Assembly (NCBI RefSeq): GCF_000619845.1
Contig: NZ_JHUX01000012.1
Coordinates: 1-32,000, forward strand
Reading direction: 5' to 3'
DNA length: 32,000 nucleotides
Source: Alkanindiges illinoisensis DSM 15370
Lineage (GTDB): Bacteria; Pseudomonadota; Gammaproteobacteria; Pseudomonadales; Moraxellaceae
Shown: positions 1 to 11,500 of the stretch, piece after piece
Numbering within the stretch: position 1 is the stretch's first letter
Layout of the letters: each line of letters starts with the position of its first letter
Notes under the pieces: model-generated
What the model was told of the DNA's origin: nothing
Seen by the model: only the letters and a program-made list of their open reading frames with translations
Database searches by the model: none
Made by a program: the position numbers and the translations under genes

Positions 1-114
1 CAGATGTCTGTTGAGCTGATCCACCCGATCGCCATGGACCAAGGTCTGCGCTTTGCAATCCGTGAAGGTGGCCGTACTGTAGGCGCCGGTGTTGTGGCTA
101 AAGTAACTAACTAA
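1..114 (+). CDS. tuf: Elongation factor Tu, C-terminal 37 codons (5' end cut by window edge)
   Basis: Frame 1 reads [37 protein letters not shown], the conserved EF-Tu C-terminus. It is followed by tRNA-Trp, secE and nusG. Confidence 0.95.
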   Translation, partial: QMSVELIHPIAMDQGLRFAIREGGRTVGAGVVAKVTN

Positions 115-215
115 GCAATATCGCTTAATAGTTTCTAGTTGTTTTACATAAATATTATCTAAACTTTAGATAATGTACCGAAGGTGATAAATTCTTGCCT
201 TCGGTCAAACTCTAC

Positions 216-291
216 AGGTCCTTAGCTCAGTTGGTAGAGCATCGGTCTCCAAAACCGAGGGTCGTAGGTTCGAATCCTACAGGGCCTGCCA
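216..291 (+). tRNA. tRNA-Trp (anticodon CCA)
   Basis: 76-nt cloverleaf read by eye. Acceptor AGGTCCT/AGGGCCT, anticodon loop CTCCAAA, T-arm GTAGG-TTCGAAT-CCTAC, encoded 3' GCCA. Close to my recollection of E. coli tRNA-Trp. Confidence 0.95.
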
Positions 292-355
292 TATTTTAAA
301 GCTTGATGCTGACTTTCGCTAATTAAGTCATTGGTTTAATAACGAGTCTAAAATA

Positions 356-799
356 ATGTCAACTGACGAAAAGACGCGTGATGCATTGAGCGGCGCGGCA
401 ATACCCCAACAAAATGATCCGGCACAAATAGTTAAAACTGGCTCTGCGCTGGATATTGTCTTTTGGATTGTAGCACTGGCTTTGTTGGTAGGGGCAACTT
501 TAATTAATCAGTACCTGCCTGCATACTGGGCACCAGGTAGTAACGTCTGGGTGCGTATTGGTGCGATTGTTGCCTGTATTGTGATTGCGCTAGGCTTGTT
601 GTATGCCACCCATCAGGGCAAGGCATTTGCAATCTTACTTAAAGATTCCCGTACTGAATTACGTCGTGTTACTTGGCCAACCAAGCAGGAAACTGTTTCA
701 ACAACTTGGCAGGTTTTATTGGTAGTGGTAGTTGCCAGTTTAATCCTGTGGGGATTTGACACTATTTTTGGCTGGCTCATTCAGTCGATCATCGGATAA
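356..799 (+). CDS. secE: Preprotein translocase subunit SecE
   Basis: 147 aa with three hydrophobic segments. The C-terminal part ([37 protein letters not shown]) matches the conserved SecE core. Position between tRNA-Trp and nusG fits. Confidence 0.9.
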   Translation: MSTDEKTRDALSGAAIPQQNDPAQIVKTGSALDIVFWIVALALLVGATLINQYLPAYWAPGSNVWVRIGAIVACIVIALGLLYATHQGKAFAILLKDSRTELRRVTWPTKQETVSTTWQVLLVVVVASLILWGFDTIFGWLIQSIIG

Positions 800-804
800 T
801 TACT

Positions 805-1338
805 ATGAAGCGCTGGTATATCGTTCATGCCTACTCAGGCTATGAAAAGCAAGTAATGCGTTCCTTGAAAGACCGAATTGAACGCAGTCATGTTGCGGAC
901 AGTTTTGGTGAAGTCCTGGTTCCCACAGAAGAAGTCGTGGAGATGAAGGATGGTAAGAAACGCAAGAGTGAGCGTAAATTCTTTCCAGGCTATGTGCTCA
1001 TTGAAATGGAAATGAATGATGATACCTGGCACATTGTAAAAGAATGTCCCAAGGTATTGGGCTTTATTGGTGGTACACCTGAAAAACCTGCTCCTATTAC
1101 GCAAAAAGAAGCTGATGCCATTTTAGCACGTGTGCGTAATACGGGCGAAGCGCCACGTCCAAAGACCATGTTTGAACCTGGTGAAGAGCTACTGGTAACT
1201 GATGGTCCATTTACTGACTTTAAAGGTGTGGTGGAAGAAGTTCAGTACGAAAAATCCCGCCTGACCTTAACCATTAATGTCTTCAATCGCCCAACGCAGG
1301 TTGAACTGGAATTCCGTCAGGTTGAGAAAACAATTTAG
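805..1338 (+). CDS. nusG: Transcription termination/antitermination factor NusG
   Basis: 177 aa starting [17 protein letters not shown], with FPGYVLIEM and a KOW-like C-terminus. Canonical secE-nusG pair. Confidence 0.97.
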   Translation: MKRWYIVHAYSGYEKQVMRSLKDRIERSHVADSFGEVLVPTEEVVEMKDGKKRKSERKFFPGYVLIEMEMNDDTWHIVKECPKVLGFIGGTPEKPAPITQKEADAILARVRNTGEAPRPKTMFEPGEELLVTDGPFTDFKGVVEEVQYEKSRLTLTINVFNRPTQVELEFRQVEKTI

Positions 1339-1416
1339 TTTATTTTCTTAAAAAATAGTATATACTATCGCGCCCTGAGCGAGGTTGCATAAAGCCTTGC
1401 TTTATCCGAGCGCAAG

Positions 1417-1445
1417 GGCGAAGCTGTGCTTCGCCTTTTGTGTTT
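1417..1445 (+). terminator. Intrinsic terminator/attenuator after nusG, upstream of the rplKA leader
   Basis: GGCGAAGC (1417-1424), loop TGT, GCTTCGCC (1428-1435), then TTTTGTGTTT. Confidence 0.6.
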
Positions 1446-1538
1446 ATGGTTGGGCGTTTTTGCTTAGCGCGCTGTAGTTTATCCTACAGAATTTTATAAC
1501 GGGGAGCCTGATTAGGCGTTTGTACCCAAGGAGTTATC

Positions 1539-1967
1539 ATGGCCAAGAAGATTGACGGCTATATCAAGCTGCAAGTTCCAGCTGGTAAAGCAAACCCATC
1601 ACCACCAATCGGTCCAGCACTGGGTCAGCGTGGTGTAAACATCATGGCATTCTGTAAAGAATTTAATGCTGCCACCCAGAAAATGGAAATTGGCATGCCA
1701 ATTCCAGTAACGATTACTGTTTATAACGACAAATCGTTTACGTTCACCATGGCTTCTCCACCAGCGACTTATTTCCTGAAGAAAGCCATGAATCTGGGTA
1801 AAGGTTCTTCTCGTCCAAATACACAGAAAGTGGGTAAAATCACCCGCGCTCAATTGGAAGAAATTGCCAAAGCAAAAGAAGGCAATTTGACAGGTGCAGA
1901 CCTTGATGCGCAAGTGCGCACCATTGCAGGTTCTGCGCGTTCAATGGGTCTGGATGTGGAGCTTTAA
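1539..1967 (+). CDS. rplK: 50S ribosomal protein L11
   Basis: 142 aa, [47 protein letters not shown] Shine-Dalgarno upstream. Confidence 0.98.
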   Translation: MAKKIDGYIKLQVPAGKANPSPPIGPALGQRGVNIMAFCKEFNAATQKMEIGMPIPVTITVYNDKSFTFTMASPPATYFLKKAMNLGKGSSRPNTQKVGKITRAQLEEIAKAKEGNLTGADLDAQVRTIAGSARSMGLDVEL

Positions 1968-1971
1968 GAAC

Positions 1972-2667
1972 ATGGCTAAATTAACCAAACGCCAAAAGGC
2001 TATTGCTGCACAAGTAGAAGCTGGCAAAGTTTATTCTCTGGAAGATGCCGTAGCACTGCTCAACAGTCTGCCTGCTGCTAAGTTCAAAGAGTCTCTGGAT
2101 ATTTCTGTAAACCTGGGTGTTGACCCACGTAAATCAGATCAGGTTGTACGTGGTGCCACCACACTGCCTGCCGGTACTGGTAAAACTGTACGCGTTGCTG
2201 TGTTTGCCCAAGGCGCTGCTGCTGAAGCGGCCAAGGCTGAAGGCGCTGACATCGTAGGTATGGATGATCTGGCTGAAAGCATTCAGGGTGGAAATCTGAA
2301 CTTTGACGTTGTTATTGCTGCACCTGATGCAATGCGCGTTGTTGGTAAGCTGGGTACGATTCTGGGTCCACGTGGCTTAATGCCAAACCCGAAAGTGGGT
2401 ACTGTAACCCCTGATGTGGCAGGTGCTGTGCGCAATGCCAAAGCAGGTCAGGCGCGTTACCGCGTTGACAAAGGCGGTATCATTCATGCGGGTATCGGTC
2501 AGGTTGGCTTTGAAGCTGCTGCAGTTCGTCAAAACGTTGAAGCATTGATTGGTGATCTGAAAAAAGCCAAGCCTGCAACTTCTAAAGGCGTTTATATCAA
2601 GAAAATTACCTTAAGCTCTACCATGGGCCCAGGGTTATCCATTGATGTGGCTTCTGTTTCTAACTAA
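1972..2667 (+). CDS. rplA: 50S ribosomal protein L1
   Basis: The track ORF starts at 1894 inside rplK. The conserved L1 N-terminus [10 protein letters not shown] begins at the in-frame ATG at 1972, 26 codons downstream. Confidence 0.96.
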   Translation: MAKLTKRQKAIAAQVEAGKVYSLEDAVALLNSLPAAKFKESLDISVNLGVDPRKSDQVVRGATTLPAGTGKTVRVAVFAQGAAAEAAKAEGADIVGMDDLAESIQGGNLNFDVVIAAPDAMRVVGKLGTILGPRGLMPNPKVGTVTPDVAGAVRNAKAGQARYRVDKGGIIHAGIGQVGFEAAAVRQNVEALIGDLKKAKPATSKGVYIKKITLSSTMGPGLSIDVASVSN

Positions 2668-3053
2668 TTAATTAGTTGAACAGGCAAGAATTTAAAATTT
2701 TGAGGTAAAACCGCAGGACATCCAAAGCGTAGCTTTCTGTCTTGCGGCTCGGTAGATCAAACGTATATGTCGCAAGCCATAACGGATTTGATGTTCCGAA
2801 CCTCGAATGGACTTTGAATTGACAGACAGCGTGTAAAAGCTGGTTCTGTTAGCGTCAAAGACCTCAGGCGGAAATCATGGTTAAATCCGTGCTTTCCTTA
2901 AAAGTCCAGCCTGCGTAGACGCGGTGGTGTGATGAATGCTTAGGCAGACTGACGACCTCCGCGTGTAAGCAACCTGTCTGTAAAAATTCAGGCTGTTTAC
3001 ATTTTATGGGAGTGCATCCACCGGATGCATAAATCACCTAAGGAGGTTATACA
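2668..3053 (+). promoter_or_regulatory. Long untranslated rplJL leader, the expected site of L10-(L7/L12) autogenous control
   Basis: 386 nt without an ORF between rplA and rplJ. Hairpin TGCATCC-acc-GGATGCA (3013-3029) lies just upstream of the AGGAGG SD. The function is inferred from the E. coli rplJ leader and cannot be seen in the sequence itself. Confidence 0.4.
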
Positions 3054-3560
3054 GTGACTCTACGTTTAGAGGATAAAAAAGAGATCGTTGCTGCGGTTAA
3101 TGAAGCTGCCAGCACTGCGTACTCTGCTGTTGTTGCCGACTACCGTGGTTTGACCGTTGCACAATTAACCAAGTTACGTGTTGAAGCGCGTAATGCTGGT
3201 GTTTACCTGCGTGTTGTACGTAACACCTTGGCTAAACGTGCGTTTGAAGGTACTCAGTTTGATGTATTGAACGAGACTTTAACTGGTCCAACCATTATCG
3301 GTCTGTCAACGTCTGAAGATGACATGGGTGCTGCGGCACGCCTGTTTCAGGACTTTGCCAAGGACAACGCAAAATTTGAAGTCAAGTCTGCTGCATTTGA
3401 CGGCAAGTTATATGGTGCTGCTGAAATAGGTACTATCGCTAACTTACCGAACCTGCATACAGCACTGACTATGCTGGCGTCTGTACTACAAGCCCCAGTA
3501 TCCAAGTTTGGCCGCTTGCTGACTGCTTTGAAAGAAAAGCAAGAGCAAGAAGCTGCTTAA
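3054..3560 (+). CDS. rplJ: 50S ribosomal protein L10 (GTG start)
   Basis: 168 aa with clear similarity to E. coli L10 (AVVADYRGLTVAQLTKLR, GVYLRVVRNTL, AARLFQDFAK). AGGAGG lies 7 nt upstream of the GTG. Confidence 0.95.
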   Translation: MTLRLEDKKEIVAAVNEAASTAYSAVVADYRGLTVAQLTKLRVEARNAGVYLRVVRNTLAKRAFEGTQFDVLNETLTGPTIIGLSTSEDDMGAAARLFQDFAKDNAKFEVKSAAFDGKLYGAAEIGTIANLPNLHTALTMLASVLQAPVSKFGRLLTALKEKQEQEAA

Positions 3561-3599
3561 TTCATTCATTACCCCATATATCCTATTGGAGTTTTAATC

Positions 3600-3971
3600 A
3601 TGGCATTGTCCAACGAAGAAATCCTGAACGCCGTAGCTGAGAAAACTGTTCTTGAGCTGGTTGAATTAATTTCTGCTTTCGAAGAGAAATTCAACGTATC
3701 TGCTGCTGCTGTTGCTGTAGCTGCTGGTCCTGCTGCTGGTCCTGCTGCTGCTGAAGAACAAACTGAGTTCAACGTTGAGCTGACCAGCTTTGGCGCGAAC
3801 AAAGTTGCTGTTATTAAAGCGGTTCGTGAAGCAACTGGCCTGGGCTTGAAAGAAGCTAAAGACCTGGTTGAAGGCGCTCCACAAGTGCTGAAAGAAGGCG
3901 TGAGCAAAGAAGAAGGCGAAGAGCTGAAGAAGAAGCTTGAAGAAGCTGGTGCTACCGTTACTCTGAAGTAA
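3600..3971 (+). CDS. rplL: 50S ribosomal protein L7/L12
   Basis: 123 aa with an Ala/Pro/Gly hinge and the conserved C-terminal domain [27 protein letters not shown]. Confidence 0.98.
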   Translation: MALSNEEILNAVAEKTVLELVELISAFEEKFNVSAAAVAVAAGPAAGPAAAEEQTEFNVELTSFGANKVAVIKAVREATGLGLKEAKDLVEGAPQVLKEGVSKEEGEELKKKLEEAGATVTLK

Positions 3972-4011
3972 TGCAGGCATGAAGTCGGTATTAAACTGAC
4001 TTCAAAAAAAT

Positions 4012-4042
4012 GGCTGATGGCTCTTGGGTCATCAGCCTTTTT
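4012..4042 (+). terminator. rplL-rpoB intergenic attenuator/terminator
   Basis: GGCTGATG (4012-4019) pairs with CATCAGCC (4030-4037), followed by TTTTT. A smaller hairpin GAAGTC...GACTTC + A7 precedes it. E. coli has a partial terminator at the equivalent position. Confidence 0.7.
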
Positions 4043-4356
4043 GCGTTACAATATTCGGCTCGATTTTTTGTGATGGAAATCGGCTGGCTAAAATGCTTAG
4101 CACTGTTTTTAACGTTTTATTTTAGGCTTTATGTGGCTTATTTAAGGCAAAAGACGCAAGTAAAAGCACTGCTAAGCATTTTCAAGTTTAATGCTTTACC
4201 TCAGTTTTATTTTTACCAGTGAATTTGATGCACTTGGTTAGGGATAGTGATTATTGATCCCTGGTTGAGCAAGTCCACTGGTTGCCACATCGGCATCGTG
4301 TTTCCCCTCTAGGCTCGTTCTGCAGGCGAGTCTGGTTTACTTTCCGAGGACTCCAG

Positions 4357-7300
4357 ATGGCATACTCCTATACCGAAAAGAAACGGATCCGCAAGAATTT
4401 TGGTAAGTTGCCCAATGTAATGGACGTACCGTACTTATTGGCCATTCAGGTTGATTCGTACCGTGCATTTTTACAGGACGGTAAAATTTCCAAGCAACGT
4501 GAAGATGTTGGCTTGCAAGCCGCCTTCCGTTCAGTTTTTCCTATTGTTAGCTATTCTGGGAATGCCGCATTAGAGTTTGTTGAATACAATCTGGGCCGCC
4601 CTGAGTTTGACGTGCGTGAATGTATTTTGCGTGGTTCAACTTATGCTGCCCCCATGCGTGTCAAGATTCGCCTGATCATTTATGATCGTGAAACCAAATC
4701 CATTAAAGACGTGCGTGAGCAGGAAGTTTACATGGGCGAAATTCCGCTCATGACTGAAAACGGTACGTTTGTGATTAATGGTACTGAGCGCGTAATTGTG
4801 TCCCAGTTACACCGTTCTCCTGGTGTGTTCTTTGACCATGACAAGGGTAAGACCCACTCGTCGGGTAAAGTGCTGTATTCTGCCCGTATTATTCCTTACC
4901 GTGGTTCCTGGCTGGACTTTGAGTTCGATGCCAAGGATCTGGTCTATGTACGTATTGACCGTCGCCGCAAGCTGCTGGCAACCGTAGTGCTGCGTGCACT
5001 GGGTTATACCACTGCTCAGGTACTTGACCTGTTCTTTGAAAAAGTGCCGGTATATGTTGAAGACACTTATCAGATTGATCTGGTGCCTGAACGCCTGCGC
5101 GGTGAGATGTCACAGTTTGATATTACTGATAAAGATGGCAAGGTGATTGTTGAGCAGGGCAAGCGGATTAATGCGCGCCATGTTCGCCAGATGGAAGCTG
5201 CTGGTTTAACCAAACTGGCTGTTCCTGATGAATACCTGTATGAGCGCCTGATTGCTGAAGACATTAGCCTGAAAAATGGTGATGTGATTGAAGCTAATAC
5301 TGTTATTAGCCATGAAGTGCTGGTGAAGCTGGCAGAAGGTGGCATCAAGCAGTTTAATATCCTGTTCACCAATGACATTGACCGTGGTTCGTTTATTGCA
5401 GATACCCTGCGTGCTGATACCACACGTACTCGTGAAGATGCACTGGTTGAAATCTACAAAGTCATGCGTCCGGGTGAGCCACCAACCAAGGAAGCTGCCG
5501 AGAACCTGTTTAATAACCTGTTCTTCAGTTCTGAGCGTTATGACCTGTCGCCAGTCGGCCGCATGAAGTTCAACCGCCGTCTGGGTCGTCCGTATGAAGT
5601 CGGCACTGACCAGAAGTCACGCGCGATTGAAGGTATTCTCAGCAATGAAGATATTGTTGATGTACTGCGCACCCTGGTTGACATCCGTAACGGTAAAGGC
5701 GAAGTGGACGATATTGACCACTTGGGTAACCGTCGTGTGCGTTCTGTCGGTGAAATGACCGAAAACCAGTTCCGTGTAGGTCTGGTGCGCGTTGAACGTG
5801 CGGTAAAAGAGCGTTTGAATCAGGCTGAAACTGAAGGCTTATCCCCACAGGATCTGATCAATGCCAAGCCAGTAGCTGCTGCAATCAAGGAATTCTTTGG
5901 TTCCAGCCAGTTGTCACAGTTTATGGATCAGAACAATCCGTTGTCTGAAATCACCCATAAGCGCCGTGTTTCTGCACTGGGGCCTGGTGGTTTGACCCGT
6001 GAACGTGCCGGTTTTGAAGTGCGTGACGTACACCAGACCCATTATGGTCGTGTATGTCCGATTGAAACGCCTGAAGGCCCAAACATTGGTCTGATCAACT
6101 CATTATCAGTGTATGCCAAGGCCAACGATTTTGGTTTCCTGGAAACACCATACCGTAAAGTGGTTGATGGCCGTGTAACCGATGAAATCGAATATCTGTC
6201 AGCCATTGAAGAAAATGGGACTGTGATTGCACAGGCGGATTCTCCGGTTGATGCCAATGGCCAACTGCAAGATGAAATGGTTTCTGTGCGTGCACAGGGC
6301 GAATTTATCCGTACCAGCCCGGAAAAAGTAACCCATATGGACGTGTCACCACGTCAGGTGGTTTCGGTTGCAGCAAGCTTGATTCCGTTCCTGGAACATG
6401 ACGATGCCAACCGTGCATTGATGGGTTCGAACATGCAGCGTCAGGCAGTACCAACTTTGCGTGCTGACAAGCCGCTGGTCGGTACAGGCATGGAGCGCCA
6501 TGTAGCACGCGATTCAGGCGTGTGTGTGGTGGCCAAGCGTGGTGGCAAGATTGAGTATGTAGATGCCAGCCGTATCGTGGTTCGTGTGCATGAAGAAGAA
6601 ATGCATGCAGGCGAGGCCGGTGTTGACATTTATAACCTGATCAAATACACCCGTTCCAACCAGAACACCTGTATTAACCAGAACATTATTGTGAATCGCG
6701 GTGATGAAATTGCCCGTGGTGATATTCTGGCCGACGGTCCATCAACCGATCTGGGTGAACTGGCGCTGGGCCAAAACATGCGCGTGGCATTTATGCCGTG
6801 GAATGGTTACAACTTCGAGGATTCGATTTTGTTATCCGAGCGTGTGGTTCAGGAAGACCGCTTTACCTCGATCCACATTCAGGAACTGTCCTGTGTGGCG
6901 CGTGACACCAAGCTGGGTTCTGAAGAAATCACTGGCGATATTCCAAACGTGGGTGAAGCAGCACTGTCCAAGCTGGATGAATCCGGTATTGTGTACATTG
7001 GTGCGGAAGTCAACGCTGGTGACATTCTGGTTGGTAAAGTGACACCTAAGGGTGAAACCCAACTGACGCCAGAAGAAAAACTGCTGCGTGCGATTTTTGG
7101 TGAAAAAGCTGCTGACGTGAAGGACTCTTCCTTGCGCGTTCCGTCTGGCACCAAAGGTACAGTAATTGATGTTCAGGTATTTACCCGCGATGGTCTGGAA
7201 AAAGACGAGCGCGCGCTGGCGATTGAAAAAGCCCAGCTGGATGCTTACCGTAAAGATTTGAAAGAAGAATATCGAATCTTTGAAGAAGCAGCCCGTGAGC

Positions 7301-8442
7301 GTGTAATCCGTTTGCTGAATGGCCAGAAAGTCAATGGTGGCGGCACCACCAAGCGTGGTGATGTACTGGACGACAGCATGATGTCCAGCCTTGAGCTGAA
7401 TCAGTTGCTGGACGTGCAACCCATTGATGAAGGTATTGCCGAGCGCTTGCAGCAAATCCAGGACTTCTTGCGTGAGAAGGAAAAGGAAATTGATGACAAG
7501 TTCACCGAGAAAAAGCGCAAGCTGTCTACCGGTGATGAGCTGACCCATGGCGTTCTCAAAGTGGTCAAGGTTTATCTAGCCGTGAAACGTCGTATCCAGC
7601 CGGGTGACAAGATGGCAGGCCGTCATGGTAACAAAGGTGTGGTGTCTGTCATCATGCCGGTTGAAGACATGCCATATGATGAAAACGGTGTACCGGTTGA
7701 TGTGGTGTTAAATCCGCTGGGTGTACCATCACGGATGAACGTGGGTCAGATTCTGGAAACGCATTTGGGTCTGGCTGCCAAAGGTCTGGGTCAGAAGATC
7801 GACAAGATGTTGCAACAGCAGCGTCAGGCTGCCGAGCTGCGTGAGTTCATGGACAAGATCTACAATCAGGTCGGTGGCGAGCAGGAAACCCTGAACGAGC
7901 TGACTGATGATGAAGTGATTAGTCTGGCTCAAAACCTCAAGGGCGGTGTACCGATTGCAACGCCAGTATTTGATGGTGCAGAAGAAACCCAGATCAAGCA
8001 ATTGCTGAAACTGGCTGACCTGTCCGAAACTGGCCAGCAGGTACTGTACGATGGCCGTACTGGTGACCGTTTTGACCGTCCTGTAACCGTGGGTTATATG
8101 TACATGCTCAAACTCAACCACTTGGTGGATGACAAGATGCATGCGCGTTCTACCGGTTCTTACTCATTGGTCACGCAACAGCCATTGGGTGGTAAAGCCC
8201 AGTTTGGTGGCCAGCGCTTCGGTGAGATGGAAGTGTGGGCACTGGAAGCTTATGGTGCAACCTACACCCTGCAGGAAATGCTGACTGTGAAATCGGATGA
8301 CGTCGAAGGACGTACCCGCATTTACAAGAACATTGTCGATGGCAATCACTATATGGATCCGGGCATGCCTGAATCGTTCAATGTACTGACCAAGGAAATT
8401 CGTTCTTTGGGTATTAACATTGAACTTAAAAATGGTGACTGA
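4357..8442 (+). CDS. rpoB: DNA-directed RNA polymerase subunit beta
   Basis: The conserved N-terminus [17 protein letters not shown] starts at the ATG at 4357, 25 codons inside the track ORF, with GAGGA 6 nt upstream. 1361 aa, with hallmark motifs throughout. Confidence 0.98.
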   Translation: MAYSYTEKKRIRKNFGKLPNVMDVPYLLAIQVDSYRAFLQDGKISKQREDVGLQAAFRSVFPIVSYSGNAALEFVEYNLGRPEFDVRECILRGSTYAAPMRVKIRLIIYDRETKSIKDVREQEVYMGEIPLMTENGTFVINGTERVIVSQLHRSPGVFFDHDKGKTHSSGKVLYSARIIPYRGSWLDFEFDAKDLVYVRIDRRRKLLATVVLRALGYTTAQVLDLFFEKVPVYVEDTYQIDLVPERLRGEMSQFDITDKDGKVIVEQGKRINARHVRQMEAAGLTKLAVPDEYLYERLIAEDISLKNGDVIEANTVISHEVLVKLAEGGIKQFNILFTNDIDRGSFIADTLRADTTRTREDALVEIYKVMRPGEPPTKEAAENLFNNLFFSSERYDLSPVGRMKFNRRLGRPYEVGTDQKSRAIEGILSNEDIVDVLRTLVDIRNGKGEVDDIDHLGNRRVRSVGEMTENQFRVGLVRVERAVKERLNQAETEGLSPQDLINAKPVAAAIKEFFGSSQLSQFMDQNNPLSEITHKRRVSALGPGGLTRERAGFEVRDVHQTHYGRVCPIETPEGPNIGLINSLSVYAKANDFGFLETPYRKVVDGRVTDEIEYLSAIEENGTVIAQADSPVDANGQLQDEMVSVRAQGEFIRTSPEKVTHMDVSPRQVVSVAASLIPFLEHDDANRALMGSNMQRQAVPTLRADKPLVGTGMERHVARDSGVCVVAKRGGKIEYVDASRIVVRVHEEEMHAGEAGVDIYNLIKYTRSNQNTCINQNIIVNRGDEIARGDILADGPSTDLGELALGQNMRVAFMPWNGYNFEDSILLSERVVQEDRFTSIHIQELSCVARDTKLGSEEITGDIPNVGEAALSKLDESGIVYIGAEVNAGDILVGKVTPKGETQLTPEEKLLRAIFGEKAADVKDSSLRVPSGTKGTVIDVQVFTRDGLEKDERALAIEKAQLDAYRKDLKEEYRIFEEAARERVIRLLNGQKVNGGGTTKRGDVLDDSMMSSLELNQLLDVQPIDEGIAERLQQIQDFLREKEKEIDDKFTEKKRKLSTGDELTHGVLKVVKVYLAVKRRIQPGDKMAGRHGNKGVVSVIMPVEDMPYDENGVPVDVVLNPLGVPSRMNVGQILETHLGLAAKGLGQKIDKMLQQQRQAAELREFMDKIYNQVGGEQETLNELTDDEVISLAQNLKGGVPIATPVFDGAEETQIKQLLKLADLSETGQQVLYDGRTGDRFDRPVTVGYMYMLKLNHLVDDKMHARSTGSYSLVTQQPLGGKAQFGGQRFGEMEVWALEAYGATYTLQEMLTVKSDDVEGRTRIYKNIVDGNHYMDPGMPESFNVLTKEIRSLGINIELKNGD

Positions 8443-8453
8443 TTAAGGCAGGA

Positions 8454-8481
8454 GGGAAGTACTGGCAAAACAGTACTTCTC
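8454..8481 (+). other. Stable stem-loop in the rpoB-rpoC spacer
   Basis: GGGAAGTACTG / CAGTACTTCTC: a 9-bp perfect core (8456-8464 / 8471-8479) plus a G.U and a G-C pair, loop GCAAAA. No U-tract, so it is not a terminator. Confidence 0.5.
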
Positions 8482-8584
8482 ACCGTGCGGGATGGATCTC
8501 CCGTAAGTTGCTCACCACTCAGGCGATAAATATTTGTGACCCAGCCGGGCAATGGATGAATTGCTCGGCTCACGGAGAAATGAA

Positions 8585-11500
8585 TTGAAAGATTTGCTCG
8601 ATATTATGCGTAAGAAGACAGACTCGGAAAACGTTGGCAACGTTGAGTTTGATCGTATCCGTATTGGTCTTGCGTCACCAGAAATGATCAAATCGTGGTC
8701 TCATGGCGAAGTGAAAAAGCCTGAAACCATTAACTACCGTACCTTCAAGCCGGAGCGTGACGGCTTGTTCTGTGCCAAAATCTTTGGCCCGGTAAAAGAT
8801 TACGAATGCTTGTGTGGCAAATACAAGCGCATGAAATACAAAGGCGTCATTTGTGAAAAATGTGGCGTTGAAGTCACTACCGCCAAGGTGCGCCGTGATC
8901 GCATGGGCCATATTGATCTGGCTTCTCCAGTTGCCCACATCTGGTTCTTAAAGTCACTGCCAAGCCGTATTGGCCTGCTGCTGGATATGACCCTGCGTGA
9001 TATCGAGCGTGTACTGTATTTTGAAAGCTATGTCGTGACTGATCCTGGTATGTCACCGCTGGAAAAATACCAGTTGTTAAGCGATGAAGAATATTACACT
9101 GCACTGGAAGAGCACGGCGACGAGTTTGTGGCCAAGATGGGTGCAGAAGCCGTTCAGGACTTGCTGCGCGACATCGATCTGGAAGCTGAAATTGCGCGTC
9201 TGCGTGAAGAAATTCCACAAACCACCTCTGAAACCAAGCTGAAAAAATCATCCAAGCGCTTGAAGTTGATGGAAGCATTCCGTGATTCCAACAACAAGCC
9301 AGAATGGATGGTGATGAACGTTTTGCCAGTTCTGCCACCAGACTTGCGTCCGCTGGTTCCACTGGAAGGTGGCCGTTTTGCCACGTCTGACCTGAACGAT
9401 TTGTACCGTCGCGTGATTAACCGGAACAACCGTTTAAAGCGCCTGCTGGATCTATCTGCGCCTGACATTATCGTGCGTAACGAAAAACGCATGTTGCAGG
9501 AAGCGGTTGATGCGCTGCTGGATAACGGTCGTCGTGGCCGTGCCATTACTGGTAGTAACAAGCGTCCGCTGAAATCACTGGCTGACATGATCAAGGGTAA
9601 ACAAGGTCGCTTCCGTCAGAACTTGCTCGGTAAGCGTGTGGACTACTCTGGTCGTTCGGTGATTGTGGTTGGCCCAACCTTACGTCTGCATCAGTGTGGC
9701 CTGCCGAAAAAAATGGCGCTGGAACTGTTCAAGCCGTTTATTTTTGCCAAGCTGCAAGCGTCTGGCCAAGCCACGACCATTAAAGCTGCCAAGAAAATGG
9801 TTGAGCGCGAAACCCCTGAAGTGTGGGACGTACTGGCTTCGGTCATCCGTGAACATCCGGTATTGCTGAACCGCGCGCCAACCCTGCACCGTCTGGGTCT
9901 GCAAGCGTTTGAACCTACCCTGATTGAAGGCAAGGCTATTCAGCTGCACCCGCTGGTATGTACGGCATTTAACGCCGACTTCGACGGTGACCAGATGGCC
10001 GTTCACGTGCCTCTGACGCTTGAAGCCCAGCTTGAAGCGCGTGCACTGATGATGTCAACCAACAACATCCTGTCTCCAGCCAACGGTGAGCCAATTATCG
10101 TTCCTTCGCAGGACGTGGTATTGGGCCTGTATTACATCAGCCGTGATGCCATTAACGCCAAAGGCGAAGGCATGATCTTTGCCGATACGGATGAAGTTAA
10201 TCGTGCGCTGGGTACCAAGCAGGTTGCGTTGCATGCGCGTATTAAAGTACGTGTGAAAGAAACCATTGTTGAAGATGATGGTCAGCGAACCGTCAATGAT
10301 CGTCTGGTTGATACCACACCAGGTCGTTGCTTGCTGTGGAGCGTGGTTCCTACCGGTATGGGCTTTGATCAAATCAATGACACCATGACCAAAAAGAACA
10401 TCTCCAAGCTGATCAACACCTGCTATCGCAAACTGGGTTTGAAAGCCACTGTATTGTTTGCTGACCAGCTGATGTATCTGGGCTTCCGTCAAGCCACGCT
10501 GTCTGGCGTGTCTGTTGGTATGGAAGACATGCTGATTCCGCCAACCAAGGATGAAATCATTGGCAAGGCAGATGCTGAAGTTCGTGAAATTGAACATCAG
10601 TTTGAGCAGGGCTTTGTGACTGCCGGTGAGCGCTACAACAAGGTAGTGGATATCTGGGCGCGTACCAATGATCAGGTGGCCAAGGCCATGATGGACAACC
10701 TGTCTTACGAGACAGTAGTCAATAAACAGGGTCAAGAGGAAAAGCAAAAATCCTTTAACTCGATTTATATCATGTCCGACTCCGGTGCGCGTGGTAGTGC
10801 GGCGCAGATTCGTCAGCTGGCTGGTATGCGTGGCCTGATGGCCAAACCGGATGGTTCGATTATTGAAACGCCGATTAAGGCTAACTTCCGTGAAGGCCTG
10901 ACTGTACTGCAGTACTTCATTTCAACCCATGGTGCGCGTAAAGGTCTGGCGGATACCGCATTAAAAACTGCGAACTCCGGTTACCTGACACGTCGTCTGG
11001 TTGATGTGGCACAGGATCTGGTAATTACCGAGCCAGATTGTGGCACGACCGATGGCCTGTTCATGACACCATTGATTCAGGGTGGTGACGTTATTGAGCC
11101 ACTGCGTGATCGCGTTCTGGGTCGTGTGGTTGCGGTTGAAGTCTTGAAGCCGGGCAGTGATGAAGTATTTGCTGAAGCCAATACATTGCTGGACGAACAG
11201 TGGGTTGACCGTCTGGAACAGGCTGGTGTGGACGAAATCAAGGTTCGCTCTGTAATTACCTGTAAGACCCGCTTTGGTGTCTGTGCCAAGTGTTATGGTC
11301 GTGATCTGGCCCGTGGTCATCTGGTCAATGCGGGTGAGTCTGTGGGCGTTATGGCGGCGCAGTCCATTGGTGAACCGGGTACACAGCTCACCATGCGTAC
11401 GTTCCACGTGGGTGGTGCGGCTAGCCGTACTTCTGCAGCTAACAGCGTGCAGGTACGTAACAAGGGTTCGATCCGTTTCCACAACATCAAGACTGTACAG

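Noticed and set aside
178-204. Hairpin CCGAAGG...CCTTCGG between tuf and tRNA-Trp, considered as a tuf terminator
   Set aside because: No U-tract follows it, and the tRNA lies 12 nt downstream and is probably co-transcribed. At most it is a processing structure.
1894-1971. Upstream extensions of track ORFs for rplA (1894), rpoB (4282), rpoC (8552), ychJ (21283) and czcD (29439)
   Set aside because: The extensions overlap the preceding gene or are non-conserved. The conserved N-termini begin at internal starts with proper SD sequences.
4010-4222. 70-aa ORF in the rplL-rpoB spacer
   Set aside because: It starts inside the attenuator hairpin and has no SD. Its sequence is an F/L/Y-rich product of AT-rich spacer DNA. 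The region is better explained as structured leader RNA.
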